Virus record (IMG/VR): IMGVR_UViG_3300043666_000001
Coordinates: 1-64,000 of that record
Strand: one strand, 5' to 3'
Origin: a virus
Taxonomy: Duplodnaviria; Caudoviricetes
Length of the DNA stretch: 64,000 bases
Within the stretch, counting starts at the first letter, position 1, and each line of letters starts with the position of its first letter. This document shows positions 9,386 to 18,608 of the stretch, in pieces. A program made the translations under genes and the position numbers. A model generated the notes under the pieces. That model saw only the letters and a program-made list of their open reading frames with translations. It searched no databases and was not told where the DNA came from.

Positions 9386-9879
9386 TGCCCAAAGCAGCAC
9401 CTCGGGTATGGTATCTCACCGCAAATGGAAAGAAACAATCTCTACACAAGTGGGAGATTGAGATGGGCATTGCCTACAGCACCCTGAAAACCAGGATGAA
9501 ACTTGGCTGGAGTCCTGAGGAGGTTGTAAACCTCAGGCCCAATACTCGCCCGAGACAGGGTAGGAAATGTAAGCATTCTCTCACTGTTGATGGGGTGACA
9601 CTCACCATTCCAGAGTGGAGTTTTGCAACAGGCATACATCAAAAGGCACTCTATCAACGTCTTGCGAAGGGGTTGACTGGGAAGGATGTTATAACTCCCA
9701 AGCCAAAGGTTATGATTGAGGTGGACGGCTCCATGTACACCATAAAAGAGATGATGGCAAAAACAGGCTTGAAGTATGGGACCATCTATAATAGAATCAA
9801 GCGAGGCTGGCCTGTAAAGGCAGCTATCAATCCAGAGTTAGTTCCTCAACTAGAGACAAGTAAAGGTAGGTGGTGGTGA
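9385..9879 (+). CDS. Protein made of three tandem HTH-like DNA-binding repeats
   Basis: Three ~45-aa repeats (L/I-x-x-D/N-G...W/M...G..Y.T...R.K.GW/L), like the C-terminus of the endonuclease at 52928-53563; no nuclease motif. Confidence 0.7.
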   Translation: MPKAAPRVWYLTANGKKQSLHKWEIEMGIAYSTLKTRMKLGWSPEEVVNLRPNTRPRQGRKCKHSLTVDGVTLTIPEWSFATGIHQKALYQRLAKGLTGKDVITPKPKVMIEVDGSMYTIKEMMAKTGLKYGTIYNRIKRGWPVKAAINPELVPQLETSKGRWW

Positions 9880-10238
9880 GTCTAAATAATCTACGTGATA
9901 CTGCGTTGGAGATTGCGACCAGCAAGGGGTTCAAGGATGCCAGCTTTTTGGAGTGCATTGCACTCATCCATAGTGAGCTTAGTGAGGCGGTGGAGGATTA
10001 CCGCAATGGCCTCCTCCCTAAGGAATATGAGTATCAACCCCCGAATGGGACTCGGGGCGCGGTAAGTATTAGCTTTGTGCCAGGCTGGAAGCCATGTGGT
10101 ATCCCCAGTGAGCTTGCGGATGTCATCATTCGAGTGTTGCACCTCTGTGGCCAGGAGGGGATTGATATTGAGCGTGCAGTGACAGAGAAAATGGCCTACA
10201 ATCGCACACGCCCCTTCAAACATGGGAAAAAAATCTAA
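9870..10238 (+). CDS. MazG-like nucleotide pyrophosphohydrolase
   Basis: LIHSELSEAVEDYR...ELADVIIRVLHLCGQEGIDIERAVTEKMAYNRTRPFKHGK. Confidence 0.85.
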   Translation: MVVSLNNLRDTALEIATSKGFKDASFLECIALIHSELSEAVEDYRNGLLPKEYEYQPPNGTRGAVSISFVPGWKPCGIPSELADVIIRVLHLCGQEGIDIERAVTEKMAYNRTRPFKHGKKI

Positions 10239-11378
10239 TGTCCAGGAAATATACAGAGGATGACCTTGCTATTAGAATCGGTGAGTTCAAGGTCAATTCC
10301 GTCCTGCGCCGGGAGCTTGCAAAGGGAACCATCGTATGTATAGATGGTGTTTATTACACCCCTGAGAACGCTCCATACCCTCAGGATGATATCGAGGGAA
10401 ACACTGGGATGTGGGATTGATATCCGGAAATTATAAAGGAAAACAAATGTCTATTTACAATAAGATTGAAAAAGAATTCACCAACGCTGTTGAAGACCTC
10501 AAACTTGTGGAACAACCACAGCCAAAAGCCAAAACCAAATCACCTCCTCAATATAAAGACGCAAGTGTTGAGGCATTGGTTGCTCGCATTGAGGAGCTGA
10601 ATCGTAGTCTGCGTAAAGTACAGGACCGGTTGGGGAAAGTTCGTGTCAGTAACAAGTCCTTGAAAAAGCTCAATACTCAGCTTGAGGAAATAAATCTTGA
10701 GCTAAATGATGAGAATGTTGAGCTAACTGAGGTTCTTGATAAACACTGCGAGGAGCACTACCTCCATGTTGGGCTTGGGTTCTATCGTAAGGGGTAAAAT
10801 ATGTTCCCCATGTATTGGACTCTACCTGTAGCTGAGACACCTAAAGTTATTGAACCAATGAATGTTACATTCTACTATAAACTTGAAGAGCAGGGAACAA
10901 GACTGTGGCACAGTACTGAACATACAGACCAGTACTATCGAAAGTGGTTCCTGAAGCTTGCTTCACAGGCATTCCCAAATGCCCGCGCAAAAACCAAGGT
11001 AGAGGTTTATGACCATGAGGGTAAGCTCCTGGGAACCACATTTACCCCAAATAAAAACATAGATGGTCCCCCTTGAGCGCTCTAACCCCAGAACAGCAGG
11101 AGCATTACGATAGGGCATATAGATATATCAAGGGAAAACCCATTAAGGGTTACATGATGGAGTCCTACCTACCCAATCATCACCCATCCATCACAACAAT
11201 GAAGCTGTGTCTGGATATTTATGTGGATACAGCTCCACATATTGATTTATTTATAATGCACCCATCCTGGAAGAAGACATTCATGCAAGTCTCAGGCACG
11301 GCTAGGATACAATTCATGGGTACACATTGGTACAAGTATCGCGATAGATATGTAGAGTTCAAGAAAAAGGTCACTTGA
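10238..11378 (+). other. Four hypothetical CDS (10238-10420, 10411-10797 coiled-coil, 10801-11076, 11073-11378)
   Basis: Abutting co-oriented ORFs. Confidence 0.6.
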
Positions 11379-11402
11379 CACTGGTAGATTGATAGCTATC
11401 AT
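11375..11402 (+). promoter_or_regulatory. Sigma70-type promoter, leaderless ATG at 11410
   Basis: TTGACA-N16-TATCAT, 7 nt, ATG; spacer contains TGGTAGAT. Confidence 0.75.
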
Positions 11403-11409
11403 GTTGGAT

Positions 11410-11763
11410 ATGAAGAACATGATTTTGATGGTCCTGGCGATGAGCATTACTGGTTGTTCCTTTGCTGGGGAGGTGACCAACAACCCCAATTCCGCAAAGG
11501 TAGAGTGCAACACTGTATATTATCATGGTGGTGCACTTACCTACATTGCTGCAAAGGATTATCAGGAGGGGGTAGATTTGAGCCTCATCAGTGTTGAGGG
11601 TGAGGAGGGGAGTTACTATAATATGGGAACTCCCTCTTACCCCAACACACACACTCTATCTCCCATCATTCATGGCACTCAGGTGTATGTTGAGTGTGGA
11701 GCTGGGGGTGAGAAAGACTACACTGGTTTCAAGAGTGTTATTTTTACTGAGGTGCAAAAATGA
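11410..11763 (+). CDS. Predicted lipoprotein
   Basis: MKNMILMVLAMSITGC signal with lipobox ITGC. Confidence 0.65.
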   Translation: MKNMILMVLAMSITGCSFAGEVTNNPNSAKVECNTVYYHGGALTYIAAKDYQEGVDLSLISVEGEEGSYYNMGTPSYPNTHTLSPIIHGTQVYVECGAGGEKDYTGFKSVIFTEVQK

Positions 11764-12068
11764 GTGATGGTATCAAACTGACTCAACGGCAGATTTACCT
11801 TTTGAGGGCATCATTTATCAATGGAGACAGTAGTGGTTGTGGCTCAAATGGAGGCGAGGGGTTCATTAACCCTCCATGGCTATCCAGTGACCGAGGTGAC
11901 CTCAAAATCCTTGAGCGACATCTTCTAATGAAGAAAGACTCACTATATAATGGTTGGACTATTAGTGGTCTAGGGAAAGACCTACTCAGAAAGATTGTTG
12001 AGCTTGATAAGGATTGGCTAAAGGAGCTCGCTGAAGATCACATCAGTGGCCCTCTCCCCTATCGCTGA
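11760..12068 (+). CDS. Hypothetical protein
   Basis: 102 aa, last gene before the convergent terminator. Confidence 0.55.
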   Translation: MSDGIKLTQRQIYLLRASFINGDSSGCGSNGGEGFINPPWLSSDRGDLKILERHLLMKKDSLYNGWTISGLGKDLLRKIVELDKDWLKELAEDHISGPLPYR

Positions 12069-12070
12069 GC

Positions 12071-12110
12071 AAAAGAAAAACCCCACTGGTGAGGGAAGAC
12101 CAGTGGGGTT
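12071..12110 (-). terminator. Intrinsic terminator between convergent operons
   Basis: AACCCCACTGGT-GAGGGAAG-ACCAGTGGGGTT hairpin; A-tract on + gives a U-tract on -. Confidence 0.85.
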
Positions 12111-12136
12111 AAGGAAGTAAGATAGAGGGGTGTGGT

Positions 12137-12931
12137 TTACTTGTAAAGGACTCCACCAACAACCACGGCGCCATTAACAATGGGACATGTGTTGAGGTGT
12201 ACTACTCCATTGTTTTGCTTATAGCCAACTCCGAATCCGGAAACCCACTGCTTTGCCTTCAAAGAATGTGTGTAGTCGATGTACTTATCATCCCCCAGCC
12301 AGCCAAATGCAGCGCCTACATGTGTCTCACCCTTGTAGTTTGACTTGAAGCTTAGGCCCATGGTGTGGATGTGATTGATAATAGCGTTGCCACCATAATC
12401 ATTCCTCGCGGCAACATACGCGGTTGGACCACTTGAACCCACATCATGTGTTACGTTTATTTTGCCAATCCTAATATCATTGCGATAGGGGACATGCTTC
12501 CATCCACGTGACTTGAGGTTTAGCAACTCTGGGATGGATAAGCCAGGGATACCAACCAACGCAGGGGCATTCTTGGTAATGTATTTATCCAAGCGAAAAC
12601 AATGATTCCCTGAGAGGAATATTTTCTTCTCAGCACCAAGGCCATCAACCAAGTCAAGCAATTGATTCCCCACCTTTATCTCATTAAGGAGATTGCCCTG
12701 GCGCATGCGACGTGGGTCCTTATCAAACAAGGATATCTCATAGCAATCCAGAAAATCACCACCAATACAGATTCCATCTGGGCGAAAACCCTCAGCTGCA
12801 CGTAGCATGAGATTGAAGTGTTTCTTACTATGAAACGGCGCGTGGGTGTCTGGGATAAACAACCACTTCTCTAAAGAGTTGCTCTTGTCAGCTTGCTCAA
12901 TATCACGCCATGACTTAATCTGTTTGCTCAT
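12137..12931 (-). CDS. Calcineurin-like metallophosphoesterase
   Basis: PDTH, GGDFLD, SGNH, VTHD, NHIH motifs; ATG at 12931 preferred over 12967. Confidence 0.85.
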   Translation of the reverse strand: MSKQIKSWRDIEQADKSNSLEKWLFIPDTHAPFHSKKHFNLMLRAAEGFRPDGICIGGDFLDCYEISLFDKDPRRMRQGNLLNEIKVGNQLLDLVDGLGAEKKIFLSGNHCFRLDKYITKNAPALVGIPGLSIPELLNLKSRGWKHVPYRNDIRIGKINVTHDVGSSGPTAYVAARNDYGGNAIINHIHTMGLSFKSNYKGETHVGAAFGWLGDDKYIDYTHSLKAKQWVSGFGVGYKQNNGVVHLNTCPIVNGAVVVGGVLYK

Positions 12932-12976
12932 ATTGCCCTCAATGCAAACATACACAATCTCAGGCATAAACGCAAG

Positions 12977-13315
12977 TCATAAAATCCACAATTTGCGCTT
13001 GTTTGACTTAATCAATTGCACAATACGTGGGCTGATGGTAGAGATGAAACTCTCCTCCCAATCTACCTTGTTGGTTTTTGCTGGTAGTGTAAGTGCTAGA
13101 AATGGCTTGATGCCCATTTCCTCAAATAGCGCATGACCTACCTCGTGCACCAAAGTATCTTGCTGAACCTCTGGGCTATCTGTTTCACGGATATAGATGA
13201 CCTTTGCATCTAGGTCTGTATATCCATATCGGTCTTTTAAATCCTCACATGCTGTTTCGTTGGTGAACACAACCCTGTATATTGTGCCGACCACATCCAG
13301 CTTACGAGCTCTCAT
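12977..13315 (-). CDS. Small HExxH zinc-metallopeptidase-like protein
   Basis: QQDTLVHEVGHALF. Confidence 0.7.
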   Translation of the reverse strand: MRARKLDVVGTIYRVVFTNETACEDLKDRYGYTDLDAKVIYIRETDSPEVQQDTLVHEVGHALFEEMGIKPFLALTLPAKTNKVDWEESFISTISPRIVQLIKSNKRKLWIL

Positions 13316-13947
13316 GCGCCAACCTCCAACGCAAGCATCCCCTTAGTCATTGGCCCCGCGATACCATCCACTGTAAGCCCACGTGCTGCTTGGTAGGATT
13401 TAACATCACTGTAACCAACAGAGATAAGCGCTGCGATGAGCTCATCCTGGGTTGTGAGTTTACCCTTACCAGCAATCCCATAAAATCTAGACTCCATGGC
13501 TTTGATGTAGTCTGCGAGTGGAGCAGTGTAGTAATGGGCTTCCTTGAGTTTTATGGCAAATTCCCTTGGGTCACCAGCTAAGACCAGTGGCCAGGCTTTG
13601 GCAAAGTTACCATTCTTCAATCCCTTGAGGTAATCCACACACCCAGCGGTGAGGTCGGGGTATGCGCGGAAGTCACCAAGTTGATTCACCCTTTGGCCAT
13701 GCTCAATCTCCCAGGTCATAAAGGTGCAATAGTCCCCGGTGTACCCCTTTCCAGTGCGCTTATTACCCACATTGAAACATACAAGACTCTGGCCATCACC
13801 TGTCTCCAACGCATAGTGTGCCTGAAGGATAAGGATGCTTTTATAGGTAGGAATATCCCCCCACAACTTGGTCCAGGCTACTGAGAGGGCAATGCCCATA
13901 TCGTGAACACTAACTGGTGTTTTTATAGCAGCAACCTTGGTTCCCAT
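13312..13947 (-). CDS. Endolysin (glucosaminidase/FlgJ-like with peptidoglycan-binding domain)
   Basis: AHYALETGDG, FNVGNK, FRAYPDL, LKEAHYYTAP; C-terminal YQAARGLTVDGIAGPMT. Confidence 0.8.
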   Translation of the reverse strand: MGTKVAAIKTPVSVHDMGIALSVAWTKLWGDIPTYKSILILQAHYALETGDGQSLVCFNVGNKRTGKGYTGDYCTFMTWEIEHGQRVNQLGDFRAYPDLTAGCVDYLKGLKNGNFAKAWPLVLAGDPREFAIKLKEAHYYTAPLADYIKAMESRFYGIAGKGKLTTQDELIAALISVGYSDVKSYQAARGLTVDGIAGPMTKGMLALEVGA

Positions 13948-13950
13948 GTC

Positions 13951-14115
13951 TCATCCTACCTTTTTCTCTTCTAAAGCTTCACTATATGCAATCCGAAACA
14001 CACTAGAGACAATTCTGGCGTTCTCGCACAGCCAGCAAAAATCATCCTCATCATGAGTTGTGCACCGTGGGCACTCCTCAATGCTAACCGGCTCAAGGGG
14101 CCTGATGCTGGACAT
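13951..14115 (-). CDS. 54-aa CxxC...CxxC protein (not in track)
   Basis: Hand translation MSSIRPLEPVSIEECPRCTTHDEDDFCWLCENAR...; stop abuts the endolysin start. Confidence 0.5.
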   Translation of the reverse strand: MSSIRPLEPVSIEECPRCTTHDEDDFCWLCENARIVSSVFRIAYSEALEEKKVG

Positions 14116-14229
14116 CCTGGACCTCTTGTTTTTGAGGTGGTGGGCAGCTGGCGATAGACGCGGTGATTATCATGGAGATAAGGGCTCCAAGAGTAAACCA
14201 CAGCGTCTTTAATTTCACCAGGTCAAGCA

Positions 14230-14406
14230 CTAGCCACCTAGCTGGTGCTGTGCAGCGCGTGACGCGGATTGCTCAGGGAGAATATCCTTCACCCTTAAAC
14301 TAACAGGGTCCGTTTTGCCACTGGTCAAATCGTGCAACCAGTCAACCAACTCAGGGGCAATCTCAAGCACAATCTGCAAAAGCTTCAACGCAATCTCAAG
14401 ATTCAT
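14230..14406 (-). CDS. 58-aa amphipathic protein in the lysis cassette (not in track)
   Basis: Hand translation MNLEIALKLLQIVLEIAPELVDWLHDL...; ATG overlaps the upstream TGA. Confidence 0.55.
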   Translation of the reverse strand: MNLEIALKLLQIVLEIAPELVDWLHDLTSGKTDPVSLRVKDILPEQSASRAAQHQLGG

Positions 14407-14879
14407 TCCACACCCCCGTCATTACTGGTATTACAGGTGAATTTCACACTGGAGGCAAGTTGCAGCGCGTCTGTTACAATGGTAGGGAGTGCAAGCTTCT
14501 CTTTAGCCAAGACAGCAGAGACTTGCACCAAAGCACTCACACCATTGTTCACAGCACAACCAAGCTTGTTTTGTGCCACATCATCCCAGGTATCAACCCC
14601 TGTCTCTGCCGCTAGCAGAGAAGGCCGGGCAAGGTCATAGGCATCTGCACATGCTTTAGCAACTGCAACCTCTTTAGTTTGCAAAGCATAGGTGGCGCAG
14701 AGGTTATCACTCACCTGGACAGCTTTCGCCACCATAAGAACAATGCTTCTAGCTGTGGCACGTTCTGGAGACTCTGCCCCTTTCACTGGAATACACCCAT
14801 TGCCCCCCATAGCAAGTGCTCCAACTATTGCACCTCCAACCACTAAGCCCCAGAAACCAGATTTGATATAATCAATCAC
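14403..14879 (-). CDS. Lipoprotein in the lysis cassette (spanin candidate)
   Basis: Hydrophobic N-terminus ending ALAMGGNGC; between holin and endolysin. Confidence 0.55.
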   Translation of the reverse strand: MIDYIKSGFWGLVVGGAIVGALAMGGNGCIPVKGAESPERATARSIVLMVAKAVQVSDNLCATYALQTKEVAVAKACADAYDLARPSLLAAETGVDTWDDVAQNKLGCAVNNGVSALVQVSAVLAKEKLALPTIVTDALQLASSVKFTCNTSNDGGVE

Positions 14880-15073
14880 TCCTTGACCTCATCATCTTTC
14901 TTTGGGATAACACTGCCTGTTATGGCCTGAACACCGAAACTGCCAGCAAGTGCAGCTTGGGCCCAAGGTGGAAGACCACCCGTTTTGAGATAAATAACTC
15001 CACACACCACCACGACTACAATTACATGCAGCTGATTGGCGGTCAAGCCCAATGACTTCAATTTATCAATCAT
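14876..15073 (-). CDS. Holin candidate
   Basis: 65 aa, two hydrophobic segments, charged C-terminus KKDDEVKE. Confidence 0.6.
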   Translation of the reverse strand: MIDKLKSLGLTANQLHVIVVVVVCGVIYLKTGGLPPWAQAALAGSFGVQAITGSVIPKKDDEVKE

Positions 15074-15456
15074 AATTTAATCCTAGAGGCACAGCTAGCT
15101 CCAGCTGCACCTAGCAATGTAGTGAATATACCCACAACAATAGTAACCCAAGCAAGTCTTCGCTTGTGGGTGCCATCAATTTGAGTGCCACGTATTTCTA
15201 GCAAGCTAGTGCGCTCCCTGACACGTTCATTGATTCTCTGTTCCTCTATGGCGCGGCGAGCAACCTGCTCAGCTTCAAGCTCAATTTTAGCCTTCTCTCT
15301 TGCCTCCTGTAAATCCAGTATATATTTACATGCACGAGATGTGCTAAGCGCCTCAGTGATTTGCAACGTCAATGTAGTCAACGTTGCCTCCACCTGCATG
15401 ATTTTGCCCCTAATTGTATCCAGCTCAGCCCTAGATGCAGGCTTTGGATGTTCCAT
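15070..15456 (-). CDS. Coiled-coil protein with C-terminal membrane anchor (lysis-associated)
   Basis: 128 aa; heptad region then LAWVTIVVGIFTTLLGAAGA. Confidence 0.55.
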   Translation of the reverse strand: MEHPKPASRAELDTIRGKIMQVEATLTTLTLQITEALSTSRACKYILDLQEAREKAKIELEAEQVARRAIEEQRINERVRERTSLLEIRGTQIDGTHKRRLAWVTIVVGIFTTLLGAAGASCASRIKL

Positions 15457-15462
15457 TACTCA

Positions 15463-16806
15463 TTATACACCCCAGTCAAGTTTAAGTTGTGCAATAACCA
15501 TGCCACGCTCAAGGGCAGTCAAAACCCTTGGCATTATCACTATCTCAGCAACATTCCCTGTATAAAATGAAGTCTGTGGAGCTCCACACCCAAGCCTGAA
15601 TGTTGCAGGCCAACCAACAACATTAGTGGTTGTTGCATAGAATGGCTGGTCCCCCGCCAGAGACATCGTCCATAACCCAGCACTGCTCCTCACATTGTAG
15701 AGATGCGCGTTGGTGAATGTTATGGCAGGTGGCACCCCACCATTCTTCGCAGTGGTGCTGCCAAAGTCATCAAACATAATCCCAGTGCCATTTTGCGGAA
15801 GGTAGATGTCACTGCCACTCCCACCCGATGTCCATAAAAACCCATCCCCAGCTCCGTTCTTTTTAACAACAAATCCCTCAGCCGCTGTCGCGGGACCAGC
15901 GAAAGAAGTCTTGAACAATTGCTGATTAGGGGCATAAAGCAAGGTCTGCTTTCCATTAATGCTTGCAGCCGCGAGTGTTGGACCTGCGTTGGTTCCACTG
16001 GAGACAAGGTCACGACCATTTCCAGTAAGGTCAGTGAGTGTGCCGACATGTGTTCCAGCTCCAGCATTATCCAGCACATAATCACCAACCAAACCTCTGT
16101 AGCGCATATATCCAGCAAGTGCTAGATAGCCACTAGGCAGTGTCCCACTACCAGCAGAGGGATTGGTTACCACAACGTTACACAACCCCTCACCACCAAC
16201 AGTGCCAGTTGTGCATGTTATGTTTGTACTAGAGTTTACGGTTACTCCAGTGGCGGAGACACCACCAATGGCAACAGTGGCACCAGTGAGAAATCCAGTG
16301 CCTGTGATTGTTACCGCTTGCCCACCCAGCCTAAACCCAACATTGGGGGAGATTGCTGTTACGGTTGGAGAGGTGACAGTTGCACGTATGATTGGGTTGA
16401 TGGTTGTAATCCAGCCAAATAGGCTGTTACCCTCACCCCTTTCGTTGACAGCGACAACCCTATTTCCCGCGGCCGTGAGTGTATAAACTGCTAGGGTAGT
16501 TGTGAGGCTTGAGTCTACCTTCTGTGTAGCAGGGTCAAGACCTCCATTTACCACTGAGGTAAATATCATAGCCTTTCCATCGGCTGGGGCTGTAAGGGTC
16601 GCTACTTTGGTGGTTTGGTTGATGCTCAGGCCAGCGGTGATGGTTGCCGCTACAGTGGTCTCATCTGTTGAGGTGCAAGAGATGCTCCACGCTGGTGAGT
16701 TTGGACCGCTTGCCAAAGCGATAGTAACCGTTGCCCCAGGGGTTACGTTCAAGCCATTTACACTTGAGCCACCATTGATAGTGCAGATGGGGGAATATGT
16801 AGACAT
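15463..16806 (-). CDS. Tail fibre/receptor-binding protein: adaptor, IPT/TIG and LamG-like domains
   Basis: PTVTAISPNVG...GGQAVTITGTGFLTGATVAIGG (IPT/TIG); C-terminal FYTGNVAEIVIMPRVLT; N-terminal 140 aa paralogous to the next gene. Confidence 0.75.
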   Translation of the reverse strand: MSTYSPICTINGGSSVNGLNVTPGATVTIALASGPNSPAWSISCTSTDETTVAATITAGLSINQTTKVATLTAPADGKAMIFTSVVNGGLDPATQKVDSSLTTTLAVYTLTAAGNRVVAVNERGEGNSLFGWITTINPIIRATVTSPTVTAISPNVGFRLGGQAVTITGTGFLTGATVAIGGVSATGVTVNSSTNITCTTGTVGGEGLCNVVVTNPSAGSGTLPSGYLALAGYMRYRGLVGDYVLDNAGAGTHVGTLTDLTGNGRDLVSSGTNAGPTLAAASINGKQTLLYAPNQQLFKTSFAGPATAAEGFVVKKNGAGDGFLWTSGGSGSDIYLPQNGTGIMFDDFGSTTAKNGGVPPAITFTNAHLYNVRSSAGLWTMSLAGDQPFYATTTNVVGWPATFRLGCGAPQTSFYTGNVAEIVIMPRVLTALERGMVIAQLKLDWGV

Positions 16807-17231
16807 CAGTGAGCCCTTATCATCGCGTTAATTGTTGTGACCCAACCAAAATTTGGGTCACTATCAAATTTCTCATTGACCGCCATCACCCTAAGTGGTC
16901 CTATTGGGACGTGTACCTCAAATGTGGTGATTAGGTTTTTATTCAAAACCCCATCTTGAATGCCACCATTCACCACACTTCGAAAGATGAGGGCTCTCCC
17001 CGCACCAGCACCTCCAAACAGTGCTGTTTTATTTACATAATCCACTGTCAAGCCAGTGGTTATCAGACTTGCGCTAAGTGTCTCATCAGTGCCAATACAG
17101 GTTATTTGCCATGCCTTAACTCCTGTACGTGATGCAAGGGAGATGGTTGCAGGAGTAAGCGCAGCTAGATTAAATCCACCCACAGTGGATTGTGAATTAA
17201 CTAGACATATAGGTGACGGTAAAGTCATCAC
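16806..17231 (-). CDS. Tail-associated adaptor-like protein
   Basis: 141 aa; aligns by eye with the N-terminus of 15463-16806. Confidence 0.65.
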   Translation of the reverse strand: MMTLPSPICLVNSQSTVGGFNLAALTPATISLASRTGVKAWQITCIGTDETLSASLITTGLTVDYVNKTALFGGAGAGRALIFRSVVNGGIQDGVLNKNLITTFEVHVPIGPLRVMAVNEKFDSDPNFGWVTTINAMIRAH

Positions 17232-18592
17232 GCCACATAGGTAATAATCATAAAACCACTACCCCCTGTACCACCATTGCCACCAGTTCCAGTGCCAGTG
17301 CTACCAGCTCCACCAGCACCCCCGCCACCCCCTCCAGCCCCTGTATTCGCCGCAGGAGAGGATGCGCTAGAACCATTCACGCCAGTGCCAGCATTGTTTG
17401 CGTTGCCACCGCTTGCACCATTGGCTCCAACTCCAAATGCACCCCCAGCTCCACCACCCCCAGCTCCACCACCTCGATAGATTGGTGCACTTCCAGCAGA
17501 AAGACCATTTAATGCTCCCTGGGAACCACCATCAAACCCTGTAGTGGAAACACACCCGTGGGTTGCAGCTATGATTGCATTTGGGGTATTATCATTCATT
17601 ACACCGCCACCCCCCTTACCAGGGAAATTCTGAAGCTGCAAAACCTCAAATAGCGCAGTAGTGGCGAAAACAACTTCTCGTGGCACCGCAGCACCACACC
17701 TTGTAGACCCCCCTCCGGTATATCCACCGGCGTATGATGTTGAAAGATATGTACCTACACCACCTTGCCCACCTTGAGCTCCAGGAAAAGTAGCAAGTGT
17801 GGGACCACTTCCAAATGTTGTATCACCACCATTGCCACCATTACCACCAGCTGTGCTACTCGAGCCAGCGCCAGCAGCTCCCGCAGCTCCAATCACAAAT
17901 GGAATGACAGCCCCAGGAGTAACAGCAACCACCTGTGTGGATATTTGTGCACCACCTCCACCTCCGCCTCCAGCAGCCCATGTACTTGGAACGGCTCCAC
18001 CAGTTCCACACCCACCCCCACCTCCACCTCCACCACCACACGCTGTGATTGTGAGTATGTTTACATTTGCAGGGACAGTGAAATTTCCGTTCGCGGTCTT
18101 GAGTGATTCAACCCATTGAATGCGATGATTGAATGTGCTTGCAATGACCCACCCTCCATTGACCCAACTAAATCTTGCAGAGACAGGGTAAATGCCCCCC
18201 GAGTTGTTTGGGTCAAGCGTGGTTAGGGTTGTACCACCATTATCTTTTATGGTTACAGTGTAGGTGACACTAAAATTCCAGACACTAATAACATCCCCGG
18301 CGCTGGCAGATGTATTGCTCAGTGTGTAAATTCGATTATTGGTAAGTGTCGCTGGAGCAAAGACAATGTTCTGCCCCTGAGTGATGTTGATGGTAGTATC
18401 AGCATCAACGCCAGCAAGTTGAGATGGGATGAGTCTACCAGCACCAGAGCTTGCTATCAAGCCAGTGATTGTATCCCCAGTCTTGTTCAGCGCTAGGGTG
18501 TTAATCTGGGTATCCATGGTGTTCATCTGAGCAGATGTGAGTGGGTCACCACTTCCCCACCCAGCACCATTTACACGAGGTATTGCAGCCAT
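17228..18592 (-). CDS. Glycine-rich tail fibre protein
   Basis: GSGDPLTSAQMN N-terminus, long GGxGGxG tracts, C-terminal GGSGFMIITY. Confidence 0.75.
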   Translation of the reverse strand: MAAIPRVNGAGWGSGDPLTSAQMNTMDTQINTLALNKTGDTITGLIASSGAGRLIPSQLAGVDADTTINITQGQNIVFAPATLTNNRIYTLSNTSASAGDVISVWNFSVTYTVTIKDNGGTTLTTLDPNNSGGIYPVSARFSWVNGGWVIASTFNHRIQWVESLKTANGNFTVPANVNILTITACGGGGGGGGGCGTGGAVPSTWAAGGGGGGGAQISTQVVAVTPGAVIPFVIGAAGAAGAGSSSTAGGNGGNGGDTTFGSGPTLATFPGAQGGQGGVGTYLSTSYAGGYTGGGSTRCGAAVPREVVFATTALFEVLQLQNFPGKGGGGVMNDNTPNAIIAATHGCVSTTGFDGGSQGALNGLSAGSAPIYRGGGAGGGGAGGAFGVGANGASGGNANNAGTGVNGSSASSPAANTGAGGGGGGAGGAGSTGTGTGGNGGTGGSGFMIITYVA

Positions 18593-18608
18593 TATATATC
18601 AATCCAGT

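Noticed and set aside
17250-18060. GGN/CCA-rich repeats as a CRISPR array or DGR variable repeat
   Set aside because: They are glycine codons of the tail fibre; no spacer periodicity, template repeat or reverse transcriptase.
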